A stretch of 64,000 nucleotides of DNA. It comes from the human T2T-CHM13v2.0 reference genome, Homo sapiens. Positions 43,356 through 55,074 of the stretch are shown piece by piece. The notes under the pieces were generated by a model. The model had not been told where the DNA came from. It saw only the letters and a list, made by a program, of their open reading frames with translations, and ran no database searches. Both the position numbers and the translations under genes were made by a program. Where the stretch lies: NCBI RefSeq assembly GCF_009914755.1, contig NC_060925.1; one strand, written 5' to 3'. Within the stretch, counting starts at the first letter, position 1. Each line of letters starts with the position of its first letter.

Positions 43356-43759
43356 ATATGTTTTTGTATGTTCAGGGTTAGAAGGAGTCAAGATCATCAA
43401 GCTCTTCCTCAGCAACCCTGGGGATGGTCATCCAGCCTGTGGACTTGCATAGCTTAGATGGCAGGAGACTCACTGCATCATGAGAGAAGAGAGGGGAGAG
43501 AGATGGAAGCAGAGTAAGATATGGGCAGGCCATGGGTCCGGCTGGCCTGGGAAAGATTTGGAGCATGGCAATTGGGGTAGGAGTATCATACTAAGGGCTG
43601 AGGCAAACTGGACAATCCAAAGACGCCACCAGAAGAAGAAGCACCTCCATCCTCACCTGAGAGTCTCAGCCCTTACCTGAGCTGGGGGCCTAATTCCTGA
43701 CCTGTCAGACTTGGATACTCTCGGCTGGATGAGGGCTGGCCCAAGGCTGGGTGGGGACT

Positions 43760-43767
43760 AAGGATAC
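43760..43767 (-). promoter_or_regulatory. U12-type (minor spliceosome) 5' splice site GTATCCTT
   Basis: Plus strand aaggatac at 43760-43767 reads GTATCCTT on minus, an 8/8 match to the RTATCCTT U11-binding consensus and a poor U2 donor. Confidence 0.85.
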
Positions 43768-43930
43768 AGGCTTCTTCAGTGTAGGGCACAGCAGCCGTGG
43801 TGCCACTGATGATGTAGCTGTAGAAGGAGACCTCTAGGGTGTAGCAATAGGAAGTGTGGTCCAGGAGTCCACCGAGGAAGCGACGGCCAGTTCCTGCTTT
43901 CACAGCGTCCCGGTTAAAGGATGTGCTGGA
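43768..43930 (-). CDS. AGBL4: AGBL4 internal coding exon, 163 nt, phase 0/1: SSTSFNRDAVKAGTGRRFLGGLLDHTSYCYTLEVSFYSYIISGTTAAVPYTEEA(Y)
   Basis: Acceptor ctctgtctttcacAG (43932-43931), in frame with the previous exon. GTGR and YTLE (catalytic Glu) motifs of cytosolic carboxypeptidases. Ends GCC T|GTATCCTT, consistent with the recalled CCP6 sequence EEAY-MKLG. Lies within ORF 43673..43993. Confidence 0.95.
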
Positions 43931-44245
43931 CTGTGAAAGACAGAGTAGGGAGGAGAGAATCACGGCACCTGCTGCAAATTGGATTGTGGGCAAATTTTAC
44001 AACACCTCTGGGTCTCAGCTTCACCGTCTGAAGAGTGGGATATTAGCCCCTCATCACATGATTATTATAAGGACTGATTAAATAAACATAATTAATGACA
44101 GAAGCAAGCAGAGTTCTTGAGGTGCAGTAACTGCCACTCAACGAATATTTGTGGAAAAATGAATGGAGAGAGAGGGAGCAGGGAAAAGCAGACAGAGGAA
44201 AAAGAAGCAACTACATTTTGATGATAATCAGAACTAACATTTGGA

Positions 44246-44362
44246 GCCTGGCATGGTGGTGTGCACCTGTAGTCCCAGCTACTTGGGAGGCTGAGGTGGA
44301 AGGATTGCTTGAGCCTAGGAGTGTGAGTTCAGCCTAGGCAACATAGTGAGACCATGTCTCTA
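44246..44362 (+). mobile_element. Alu monomer (FLAM/FAM-like); its A tail is displaced to about 44687-44726
   Basis: gcctggcatggtggtgtgcacctgtagtcccagc...agcctaggcaacatagtgagacc. Confidence 0.8.
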
Positions 44363-44368
44363 TTCTTT

Positions 44369-44673
44369 TTATTATTATTATTTTATTTATTTTATTTTAT
44401 TTTATTTTATTTATTTTTTGAGATGAAGTCTCGCTCTGTCACCCAGGCTGGAGTACAGTGGCGCGATCTTGGCTCACTGCAAGCTCCGTCTCCCTGGTTC
44501 ATGCCATTCTCCTGCCTCAGCCTCCTGAGTAGCTGGGACTACCGGTGCCCACCACCACGACTGGCTAATTTTTTGTATTTTTAGCAGAGACAGGGTTTCA
44601 CTGTGTTAGCCAGGATGGTCTCGATCTCCTGACCTCGTGATCCACCTGCCTCAGCCTCCCAAAGTGCTGGGAT
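44369..44673 (-). mobile_element. AluY, slightly 5'-truncated
   Basis: gcaagctcc, ttcatgccattc and gttagccaggatggtctcgatc diagnostics; TSD atgtctctattcttt at 44354-44368 and 44672-44686. Confidence 0.95.
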
Positions 44674-45413
44674 GTCTCTATTCTTTAAAAAGAAAAAAGG
44701 TAAAACAAAACAAAAACAAAAATAAAACCCTAAAATTTGGGCAGTGCTTTCAATTGTATGATATTGTTTCCCATGCAGTATCTCATTTAGGCTTCAAAAT
44801 AACCACTTGAAGTAGGTGTTCACATTTTATCTCTCTATAGATGAGGAAACTGAGGTTTCCTCTCTATAGATGAGGAATATGAGATTGCTCATAGAGGTGG
44901 AGCAAGTAAGTGATACAGCACAAATCTGAATCCAGAACTAAGTGACTCCAGACAACCAAAGAATCTACTTCCTTTAGGGATAGCTGATTCATGTCCAGAA
45001 TCACTAGAGCATAGGGATCATGGCTGCTTCTTTACTAAGATGTTGACAGCACCCATCACAGTGGATAGAGAAATGAACAAGCATGTCACTCTCAAGTCCT
45101 CTGTTCAAAGACATGCTCTACTACCCACTGAGTACATGATGTCAGGCAAGTTGACTTACTTGTCTTAGTCTCAGTTTCCTCATTTGTAACTTGGAGGTGA
45201 AAATAATATCTCTTTCACAGAGTTGTGAGGGTCAGTTCACTTGGGGTTAGAAGGGCATTCTATGCTAACCCCTGGAAATTTAAGCAAATGAACAGACCAT
45301 GGTTTTAATAAGAGAATACATGTCTTATTCGGCAGGAGATAAAGGAAGAAGGAAAAGAGATAAAGTAAACACCAATACAAGAAAGGCACAGAAAGACTGT
45401 GAAAGAAACAGAG

Positions 45414-45414
<1 letters not shown>

Positions 45415-45453
<39 letters not shown>
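45415..45453. repeat. (TG)n microsatellite
   Basis: Seen directly. Confidence 0.97.
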
Positions 45454-45454
<1 letters not shown>

Positions 45455-45567
45455 TATTTTAAGGTAAAGGAAAAATCAGAAAATCATAGAATGTCAGATC
45501 TGAAAGACCTTTGAAATCCATGTAGTAAACTCCAACTCTCCTGTTTTAGAGTTGGGCATTGAGGATC

Positions 45568-45652
45568 AGAGAAGAGAAGAGAAGAGAAGAGAAGAGAAGA
45601 GAAGAGAAGAGAAGAGAAGAGAAGAGAAGGGAAGAGAAGGGAAGAGAAGAGA
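45568..45652. repeat. (AGAAG)n pentanucleotide repeat
   Basis: About 16 units, two with AAGGG variants. Confidence 0.97.
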
Positions 45653-46744
45653 CAGCAATTGGACCAGGACAGATGACCTTGACTCCCACCCTTAAGGAGG
45701 CTGCAATGCAGAAACATCAGGCAAGACCAGAAATAAGGCTGTCAGACTGTGCCCCTTTTGTAGTCCCTGGAATCTTCACCCACATGAGGAGGGTCTCTGA
45801 GGCCTATGACCCAGCCTTCCAGGGAACTTGGACTAAGGAGGCCACATTCTTTTCTGAAATTGCAGTGGTCTCAAATAGACAGGGCCATCCTATAGAGATT
45901 CTTACAGAAAAAGGTATGGCTGTTTCTGCCCCACAGCTGCAAATGGGGAGCTACCTGCTTTGATTCTATCATTAAATGCTGGGTGATCTTATGCTGAATA
46001 CTCATCTTTTCTGGGGCCACTCTTTACTCTCAGGTGTAAAGAGGGGACTGGACTAAATAATCTGCCAATTCCTTTCCTGGTTTGACATTCAAAAGTTCTG
46101 GGATTCAGAGTGCATCTTACCACGCAGAGAAATTCATCATCTCCACTAATGTCCTGGCTTGAAGCAATGGGCAGGTGAGTTTTCAGCTCATCAACTTCAA
46201 AAATTGCTATGACCTTTGTGGGCCTCTGCCCCTCTGGCCACATGGAAATAACAGGCCCCAGAGATTTAGTATCAAAACAAAGGAAAATGTGCAAAAGCTC
46301 TCTCCCTACACCACATACTGATCCCCTCCTTATCTCCTCTTCCTGCCCTTTTCCAATATTGCTTTTGCTATGAGTTTTTCCCACCCCACAGCCTCTCTAG
46401 TTCTCAGCATGTGAGATTGGTAGTAACAGCAACCGTCTCTGGAGTTTGTTAAGGTCTTTACTGCCTGCAAAGAACTTTTATATCAAAAACTGCATTTGCC
46501 CTTCCAGGAAGCTATAATGCAGTGAGGATAGAAATTATCGTCCAGCAATTACAAAAAAATTGAGGCTGAGAAGGAGTCATGGAGAAAAGAATGGTGGGCA
46601 TACAACCTCTGTTAGCAGATGTCTTGTGCTCATACAAAAGAACTGGGATTGGTAAAAGCAGACCCTGGGGAAAGGTCTGACATGTGGTAGGTGCTCAGTG
46701 AGCTTCCTTTTCTTGTTAATGCTGGAGTCAACTCCATTAAAGAA

Positions 46745-47373
<629 letters not shown>

Positions 47374-47613
47374 ATGCCAGCTCATCAGCCAGCCAAAATG
47401 CTACCTTCTCAAAGAGTCTCCCACCCTGACTGGTGATGAGCAGCTTGAGGACATGGGCACATCTTGTTTACCTCTATCTTCATCACCCACACAATACCTA
47501 ACACAGAGTTAGGTGTCCCGTGGAGCTTAAAGCAAACTGAACTGAGTGAGAAGGAAGACGGGGAGGCAGGGTGTGGGGGGCTGGGGCTGGCTGAGAGAGA
47601 ACTCCTGGCTTAC

Positions 47614-47766
47614 ATAGGAGAAGTCCTCAGCATTCTGGCAGAGGAGCTTGGGAAAAATGGCCTGCCTCTGGAACCGTTCCTCATCCTCAAAGATGTTGCC
47701 ATACATGAAGCCATTCATCATGGTGGAGTGGGCATGGATGTCAATATAAAACTCCAGGCTTGTTTT
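47614..47766 (-). CDS. AGBL4: AGBL4 internal coding exon, 153 nt, phase 0/0: KTSLEFYIDIHAHSTMMNGFMYGNIFEDEERFQRQAIFPKLLCQNAEDFSY
   Basis: Acceptor cctttctctcaacAG (AG at 47768-47767) and donor TAT|GTAAGC (GT at 47613-47612); 51 codons, open. DIHAHS is the M14 third zinc-ligand motif. Overlaps ORF 47527..47721. Confidence 0.96.
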
Positions 47767-47831
47767 CTGTTGAGAGAAAGGATAACAAATGAGAAGTCTG
47801 GGCCGTAGAGCTTGTGTATAAGGGACCAGAC

Positions 47832-47897
47832 ACTACACTACACACACACACCCCCCACACACACCCACCCACCCCCCCCCACACACACACACACACA
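47832..47897. repeat. Interrupted (CA)n / C-run repeat
   Basis: Seen directly. Confidence 0.9.
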
Positions 47898-50252
47898 TCA
47901 AGCTGACCCTGTGTGTCAGCAGATTTAGCAGCCATTTGCAATGTGAGAGGAGGGTTTAAGACAGGTGACGACCAATTCCTCCTCACTTTTAACATGGTTT
48001 TCCCTCAGGGTCTGAAAGCACTACTATTAGCATCCCTTTTAAGAGGTCTTCAGAAAAAGTGAAATTTATTAGCTTGGGTTAAGTCATGATGTTACTTACT
48101 CAGAACAGCTAACACATTCATGACTAGACATTCGTGGAATTTATTTCTCTGATTAATGAGAAATACCTTCCAGGTAACACAATTGTATTTACTTTGGGCC
48201 TGGTTGCAGTTTTGCCCCAACTTGGCCATTTCTAGCTGGGAAGCTTGGTGTAAATCATGTCCCCACTTTGAGCCTCAGCTTTCTTATCTGAAAAACGAGT
48301 ATTTTAATTCAAACCTCAGAGCATTATATCGGGAATCAAACACAGCAATAATAATTACTATATTTCTTGATGATGTAATATAAATAAAAAATAATAATTA
48401 CTGTCTTACTGTATATATAATGCATGCCCAACAGCATTCTTGGAACTTTACATATAGAGTCTTAGTTAACTCTTTGAGTTAGCCTTGTGTCATGATGCCA
48501 GGTCTACCCCACAACAGCATATAAATAATGCATGAAGGAAAATGCCTTTGCAGTCTGTAAAGATGGCATTGACCAGTCTACCTCTGCTCTTTACTTACAC
48601 ATATTTAAGGCACTTTCTTGGTTCTTATGGTATTATTTGTTAGCCTTCCCTGAAGGTAGGAGGATTGTCTATAAAGAGCTCAGTGCCTGTAAGTAAAGGA
48701 TGCTCAGTAACTACATGCAGAATGATTGAAGAAACAATCCCAGAGAGATTGCTCCACATACTGTAATGGACTGACTGAAACAGAGGGTGTCAGGGGTGGG
48801 GTGATTTTTAGACCATTAGATCTTCAATTGCCCTCAAATCCAATCTTCCCTTCTTATATATCAGCCCAGCTTATATCCATTAACCCTTTCTGAGAATAAG
48901 GGAAGACTCGCATGGGGAGGGGACTTGACCAAGCTCACAGAATAACGGGGACTGACACTCAGGCCTCCTGCCCCCTTGCACAATTAACTTATTGTCATCA
49001 ATGGCCAACACTAGAAACAGCCAAGGCAAAATCTAGCCACCTCTCCATCCTCTTTCTAGTACATAGTCCTGGGAAAGAAGAAAAGTGCACATTTAGAAGG
49101 ATTCTCCCTCCTTGGGATGCTTTTAAATGAAGTTAAAACCAAATGAAAACCATGTTGCTTCTAGAATGTGGGCTCAATGACTGTCATTTCATTTACCTCA
49201 GAGTTGGAGTGAAAAATTATGTCTTGCCAAGCTCCCAGTTCTCTGGGTAGCAAAAGCTGTCTTTTGGGAGATACAAGATGCACTGCTCTGTGTGATATTA
49301 AACTCATCATTTTCAGCTTTGGAGGTGGAATACACAATGATTCAACAGGAGCCCTATAAAAGTCATCTTCACAATTTTATTTTCTTCAATTGTCTGTCTT
49401 TTCCTGTGAGCTTTTGATGAGCTGCACAGGAAAGGAGGAGGTAGAAAGATGATTTAAGAAATGTGTAAGGAAAGCTACAGCTTATATCTCTCGATGTCAG
49501 AGCTAGAGAGGCCCTTGGAAACCAGTTTCTCTGACCTTTCTCAGACCTGCTCTGAGTGGGGAGGTTGCTTGCTTAAGGTTGGCCAGCAAGTTAGTGAAGA
49601 AGCAAGAATTAGAACCTAGCTTTTCTTTTACTTTTAAATTTTTTTGAAAAAAATTAAATTTAAAAAACTTATTCATATAAATTTATGGGCGTACAAGTGT
49701 AATTTTGTTACATTTTTCTGATAACCATATAGGTGTGGCTTCCACTGTCCCATCCTGACACCTGGCAGCTGATGTGACTTCACTTTAAAGAACCAGCACC
49801 TGAATTATGTTGATTGATCATATAATCTGAAAGTCAAATGATATAAAATAATTTATAGTAAAAAAATCTCCCTTCTACCAGTTACCCAGTTTTGCTCCCC
49901 AGAGACAGCTAATGCTATCAGGCTTGCATATATCTTCCCAGAGACAGTTTGTGCATATACAAGTAAATATTTCCTCTCACACCCAAACCCCCTGCTCCAA
50001 ACACACAAGTGGTAGCACCATAAACACACCATTCAGATCTGCTGTTCTCTGAATATATCTTGGAGGCGATTCTTTCTTAATAAATAAAAAGTTACCTCAT
50101 TCTTTGTGACAGCCATATATAAACTAACTAGTTACTTATTGATAAACATTTAATGTATTTCCAATCTTTTCTTGTTACAAAGAATGTCTTAGTGATGAAA
50201 TTTGTATATATATTATTTCACACATACACAATTGTATGTAAAATAAATTCCT

Positions 50253-50572
<320 letters not shown>

Positions 50573-50827
50573 CTAGAAGTGAAATTCCCAGATCCTATGT
50601 GCATTTGCATTTCTGATTTATATTGACAGACTGACCTTAGAAAGGCAGAACACCCCTAGCCTATTACCTTGACAATATAGGTGGAATAAAACTTTTTGAT
50701 ATTTGCCAATTTGATGGGTGAAAAGTAATATGTAAGATTAGTTTTAATCTGAATTTCTCTTAGTACTGTATAATTATCTTTTACTGTATAGTTAAGAATC
50801 TTTTCATATGTTTAAAAATGATTTGCA

Positions 50828-51142
<315 letters not shown>

Positions 51143-51574
51143 AAAAGTGATTTGCATTCTCTTTTCTAAGAACTCTGTTCATTTCCTTTGACCATTTAAA
51201 AAATCGGATTGTTGGGCTTTATTTCTTATTGACTTAGAGAAGCTATGTATTATAGAAATTAACCTTTATGTGTAATATAAAGATACTTTTGTCATTTGTC
51301 TTTCTATTTTACTTCTGTTCATGTATTTTTCATGTAGAAATTTTTAAATTTCTGATTTTTGACACAGTTTATCAATCTTTTCTTTTGTGGTTTCCTAGCT
51401 GAATTATTTTACTGTTGCTTCCATTTTATTATTTTGTTGTTTAGTTTTCAATGTTTTGTTTCAGTTTCAATTTATATGGTCATGGAATGTGAGGTAAGGG
51501 TTAAATTTCACTGTTTCAACACCATTTATTGAATTGTGCATCTCTTCCCCACTGACATTTCTATCCCCCTTGCC

Positions 51575-51885
51575 ATTTGGTTGGGATCAAATGGAATGTG
51601 GGCAATGACAATAACTTCCAGACCTGCCCATAAAACTCCTCATACACAATCACCCACATTCTCTCTTGCCCTTCTGCATGGGTAGCTACACGTAAAAAAA
51701 TGATGATATCCTAAGAAGAAAGAAGCCTATATCCTCGACTCAACACTTAGAGGACAACAGCCAGGAGAGTCACCTGCTCCGCATCAGACTGATGTAAGAG
51801 AGAAGTGAATCTTCACTGAATTAAGCCACTGAAATTTGGGGATTGTTTATTATAGAAGCTAATATCATTCATCTTGACTAGTACA
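51575..51885 (+). mobile_element. MaLR LTR fragment (MLT1J-like)
   Basis: ttaagccactgaaatttggggattgtttatta...cttgactagtaca. Confidence 0.65.
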
Positions 51886-53389
51886 AAATCTCAATTCAAA
51901 AAGCCTTATTTTATCCCTCAGGCTGAGTTAACAGCCTCCTCTGCGCTCTTATAATTCAAGGTACAGATCTCTCTCATGGCACTTACTACATGAGATGATA
52001 ATCTTTTATTTTCATTTCCCTCCAGAATGTGAGCTCTTTGAGGGCAAGGATCTTATATTGCTGATTTTTTTCAATCCACAGGACCAGAACAAGGCCTGGT
52101 ATATAGTAGGTCATCATTAAAGGTTTACAAAGGAATGAATAAGAAAATGAACTGAAGGAAGGATAAGTGAATTAATGAGTAAACAAATGCATCTTAAGTT
52201 GTTCCAACAGTAAAACCAGGTACTTTTCTGTGGCTGTGCCGGGCCAAGGGGTGTGTGTCACAAATGTAGGGCCCTGAATTACAATTTGGGAATGAGAATA
52301 GAAGGTGGGGGATGGGGAGAGCATCTCCGTTCTTTCCTTCCAAACTTAAGGACCTTAATTAAAACAGAATGATGAAGGGCTGTCCCCTTGCCAGCAGCCA
52401 GCAGCTCCTCTTGCAATCAGGGGCCTAAAGAGTAAATTAAAATCAGTGCCAATAAAATTAAAACTACTTTGGGGCATATTTGCAACATAATTTAGTGTGG
52501 AGTTTGCTTCCACCTAGACACCAGGGAGGAAATGGGTTTTCTTTCTCTATTCTGAGCTGCTACCCTGCTTCATCTCACTTGGCACAGGCCAAAACCTGAG
52601 CTTGGTGCTCTGATGTGGGGCCGTATCCTTCACATTTCGGCAGCACTTCGGAGTTTATCACAAATTCAGTTCAGTGAAGGAAGGACCATCCAGGGCAATC
52701 CAATCTAGGAAGGACAGAGGAGTTTTATCTCAGGTTTGGAGACGCCATGGGGAAGAAACTGAAGCTTAGGCAGGAATAACCGCAAGTTGAGCAGGGTGAG
52801 CTTTGTTATTATTTCTGTTTTACAGAGGAGGAAATGGAAGCTCAGAAAGCTCAAGTAACTTGCCCAGCATTACGCAGCAAGATGTGGCAGAGTCGGGACT
52901 GAAACCCAGGCCTCTGGCTATAAACTCTCCATGTCCTGTACCCTGCTGTCCTCACAGGAGCTTGCAGCCTAGCAAAGCAATTACTTGATTATAGTAAGGC
53001 AAGCCCCATGCAGGTTCCTTCAGCTCTGAGCTGAAGGATTGTGGGGATCTGTGACTGAGATTATTGTCCTTAGACTCTCAAAAAGGCATTGAGGTATGTG
53101 TGTGGGAGGAGCAAGAAGTGTTGGAGAACTCCCAGACACATTCCTCCTTCAGATTTACCCCAGGAAGATGTTTTCCCCTGGGACTGAGACAAAAAAGCCC
53201 CAAATCTATTCTTTTCATTATTAACTAAAATGTCTCCCTGTCTGTTTTTTAAGGAATGAAAGCTATTTCTGTGTTCTAAGGCAGGAAGGAAAAATTTTCA
53301 GAAAAATTGAGGACTCTTTCTTTAATATCAACCAAGCAAATCAAATAAACAAAATAATGCAAAGGTTCTTTATCATTCATACTGTATAT

Positions 53390-53527
53390 TTATTTAAAAA
53401 ATTTTTTTTGTAGAGACAAGGTTTGCTATATTGCCCAGTATAGTCTGGAACTCCTGGGCTCAAGCAATTCTCCTGCCTCAGGCTCCCAAAGTGCTGGGTT
53501 TATAGGTGTAAGTCACTGTGCCCAGCC
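53390..53527 (-). mobile_element. Alu monomer (FLAM_C-like)
   Basis: ttttgtagagacaagg...ctcctgggctcaagc...cactgtgcccagcc. Confidence 0.85.
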
Positions 53528-54335
53528 CATAGCATATACATATATATATTTCTGAAGTGGCACAGTGAAGGCTTTCTTCCTCAGATATGTCCTGAACATG
53601 GCTGGGCAGAAATTCCTGCCACAAAAAAAGGGATATAATAAGTCAAGGGGACAAAGAAAGGAACAACCACGTAAGAAATCCAGACAGCCAGCTCAAGGAA
53701 CCAAGGGGATGGGCCACGGGCACTTCACCTCCTGCCTCTCTCCATCCTACACTCTGGCCTTCTAGAACCGCCGTAACTTCCCAAGCACACTGGTGTTCTC
53801 GTACTCTGGGCTTTTGTGTCTATTCCTCCAGGTGAGAATGCTTATCCTCTTCCTTTCACCTTCTGGCAACATCTTGTTCACCTTTTACTGCTTATCCCAA
53901 ATGGGCCCTTGACAGAGAGGTCTTCCTGGACGCTCTCAGGGATAGCAGCTCCCTTCCCTGGAATCTCACAGATTTAAAAAAAATATCCTTCTGTTAAGGT
54001 ATTTATCATCTAGCTTATTCATTCATCCATTCATCTGGCAAATATCTACTGTGAACCTACTATGTTCCTGGTGCTATCATAGGACTTCAGGGTGAACAAA
54101 ACAGATAAGATTCCTGCCTTTAAGTAGCTAACACCCAGGTGGGGTTTACAAACTATAAACATCAGATAAGCAAGGTAATTGCAGATTGTGAAACATGCTA
54201 GAAATGCACTAGGATAAATAACATGATGGTGAATAACACAGTGGATGGGGGGAAAGTCTACTTTAGGTAGTGTGATCAGGGAAGGCCTCTGACATTTGAA
54301 TTAAGCCTCAAAAGATGATAAGAACCAGCCATTCA

Positions 54336-54746
54336 GCCAGGTGTGGTGGCATGCACCTGTCAAGCAAGAATACTCTTCCTGGCAAAATTGTCTTTCAAAA
54401 AGGAAATGGAGATAAAGATTTTCCTGTACAAACAGAAGAGAACAGGGAGAAGGAGAGGGAAAGGAAAGGGGAGAGGAGAGGAGGGGAGGGGAGGAGAGAG
54501 GAGGGAAGGGGAGGGGAGGGGAGGGGAGACAGAAAAGGAAAGAAAGAAAAGGAAGAAAGGGTGGAAGGAAGGAAGGGAAGAAAGAGAAAGAAAGAGAGAG
54601 AAAGAAAGAGAAAGAGAGAAAAAGAAAGGAAGGAAGGAAAGAAAAGAAAGGAGAAAGAAAGAAAAAAAGAAAGAGGGAGGGAGGGAAGGAGGAAGGAAGG
54701 AAGGAAGAAAAAGAAAAAGAAAGAAAGAGAGAAAGAAAGGGAGAAA
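54336..54746 (+). mobile_element. Chimeric insert: Alu 5' 25 nt, L1 ORF1-like fragment and expanded purine tail, inside L2
   Basis: gccaggtgtggtggcatgcacctgt, then sequence translating QARILFLAKLSFKKEMEIKIFLYKQK, then a GA-rich tract. Flanked by aaccag(c/a)cattca at 54323-54335 and 54747-54759. Confidence 0.65.
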
Positions 54747-55074
54747 AACCAGACATTCAAAGAAGTCAGCCAAAGAATCCTGGGCAAAACAAAGGCCCTA
54801 AAGCAAGGATGAGTGTATTGTTTTCAAAAACCAAAGGGAAGGCCAGTAGCCAGATTGTGACAAACACTGGAGCTAAGCCTGGACAGGTTTGCAGGGTCCA
54901 GATCACACAGGGCCTTGAAGGCCAGGGTTAGAATTTGGAGTTTATCCTATGTACAGTAGAAAGACATTTTAACAGGGGAATACTGAAAAACATACCTTGC
55001 CTATCATGTAGATAATGGATTTTAGGGGGGCATGAATGAGGCAGTTGAGACAGTTCCCCTAAGCAATCACAGTA

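Noticed and set aside
43673-43993. 106-aa ORF as a standalone gene
   Set aside because: It is the AGBL4 exon plus flanking intron read-through, with a non-ATG start in the intron.
47464-47808. 114-aa plus-strand ORF
   Set aside because: Antisense shadow of the AGBL4 exon with a TTG start.
54301-54812. Overlapping 130-165 aa ORFs rich in R/K/E or S/F/L
   Set aside because: Translations of a stop-poor GA microsatellite; only the short L1 ORF1-like stretch is meaningful.
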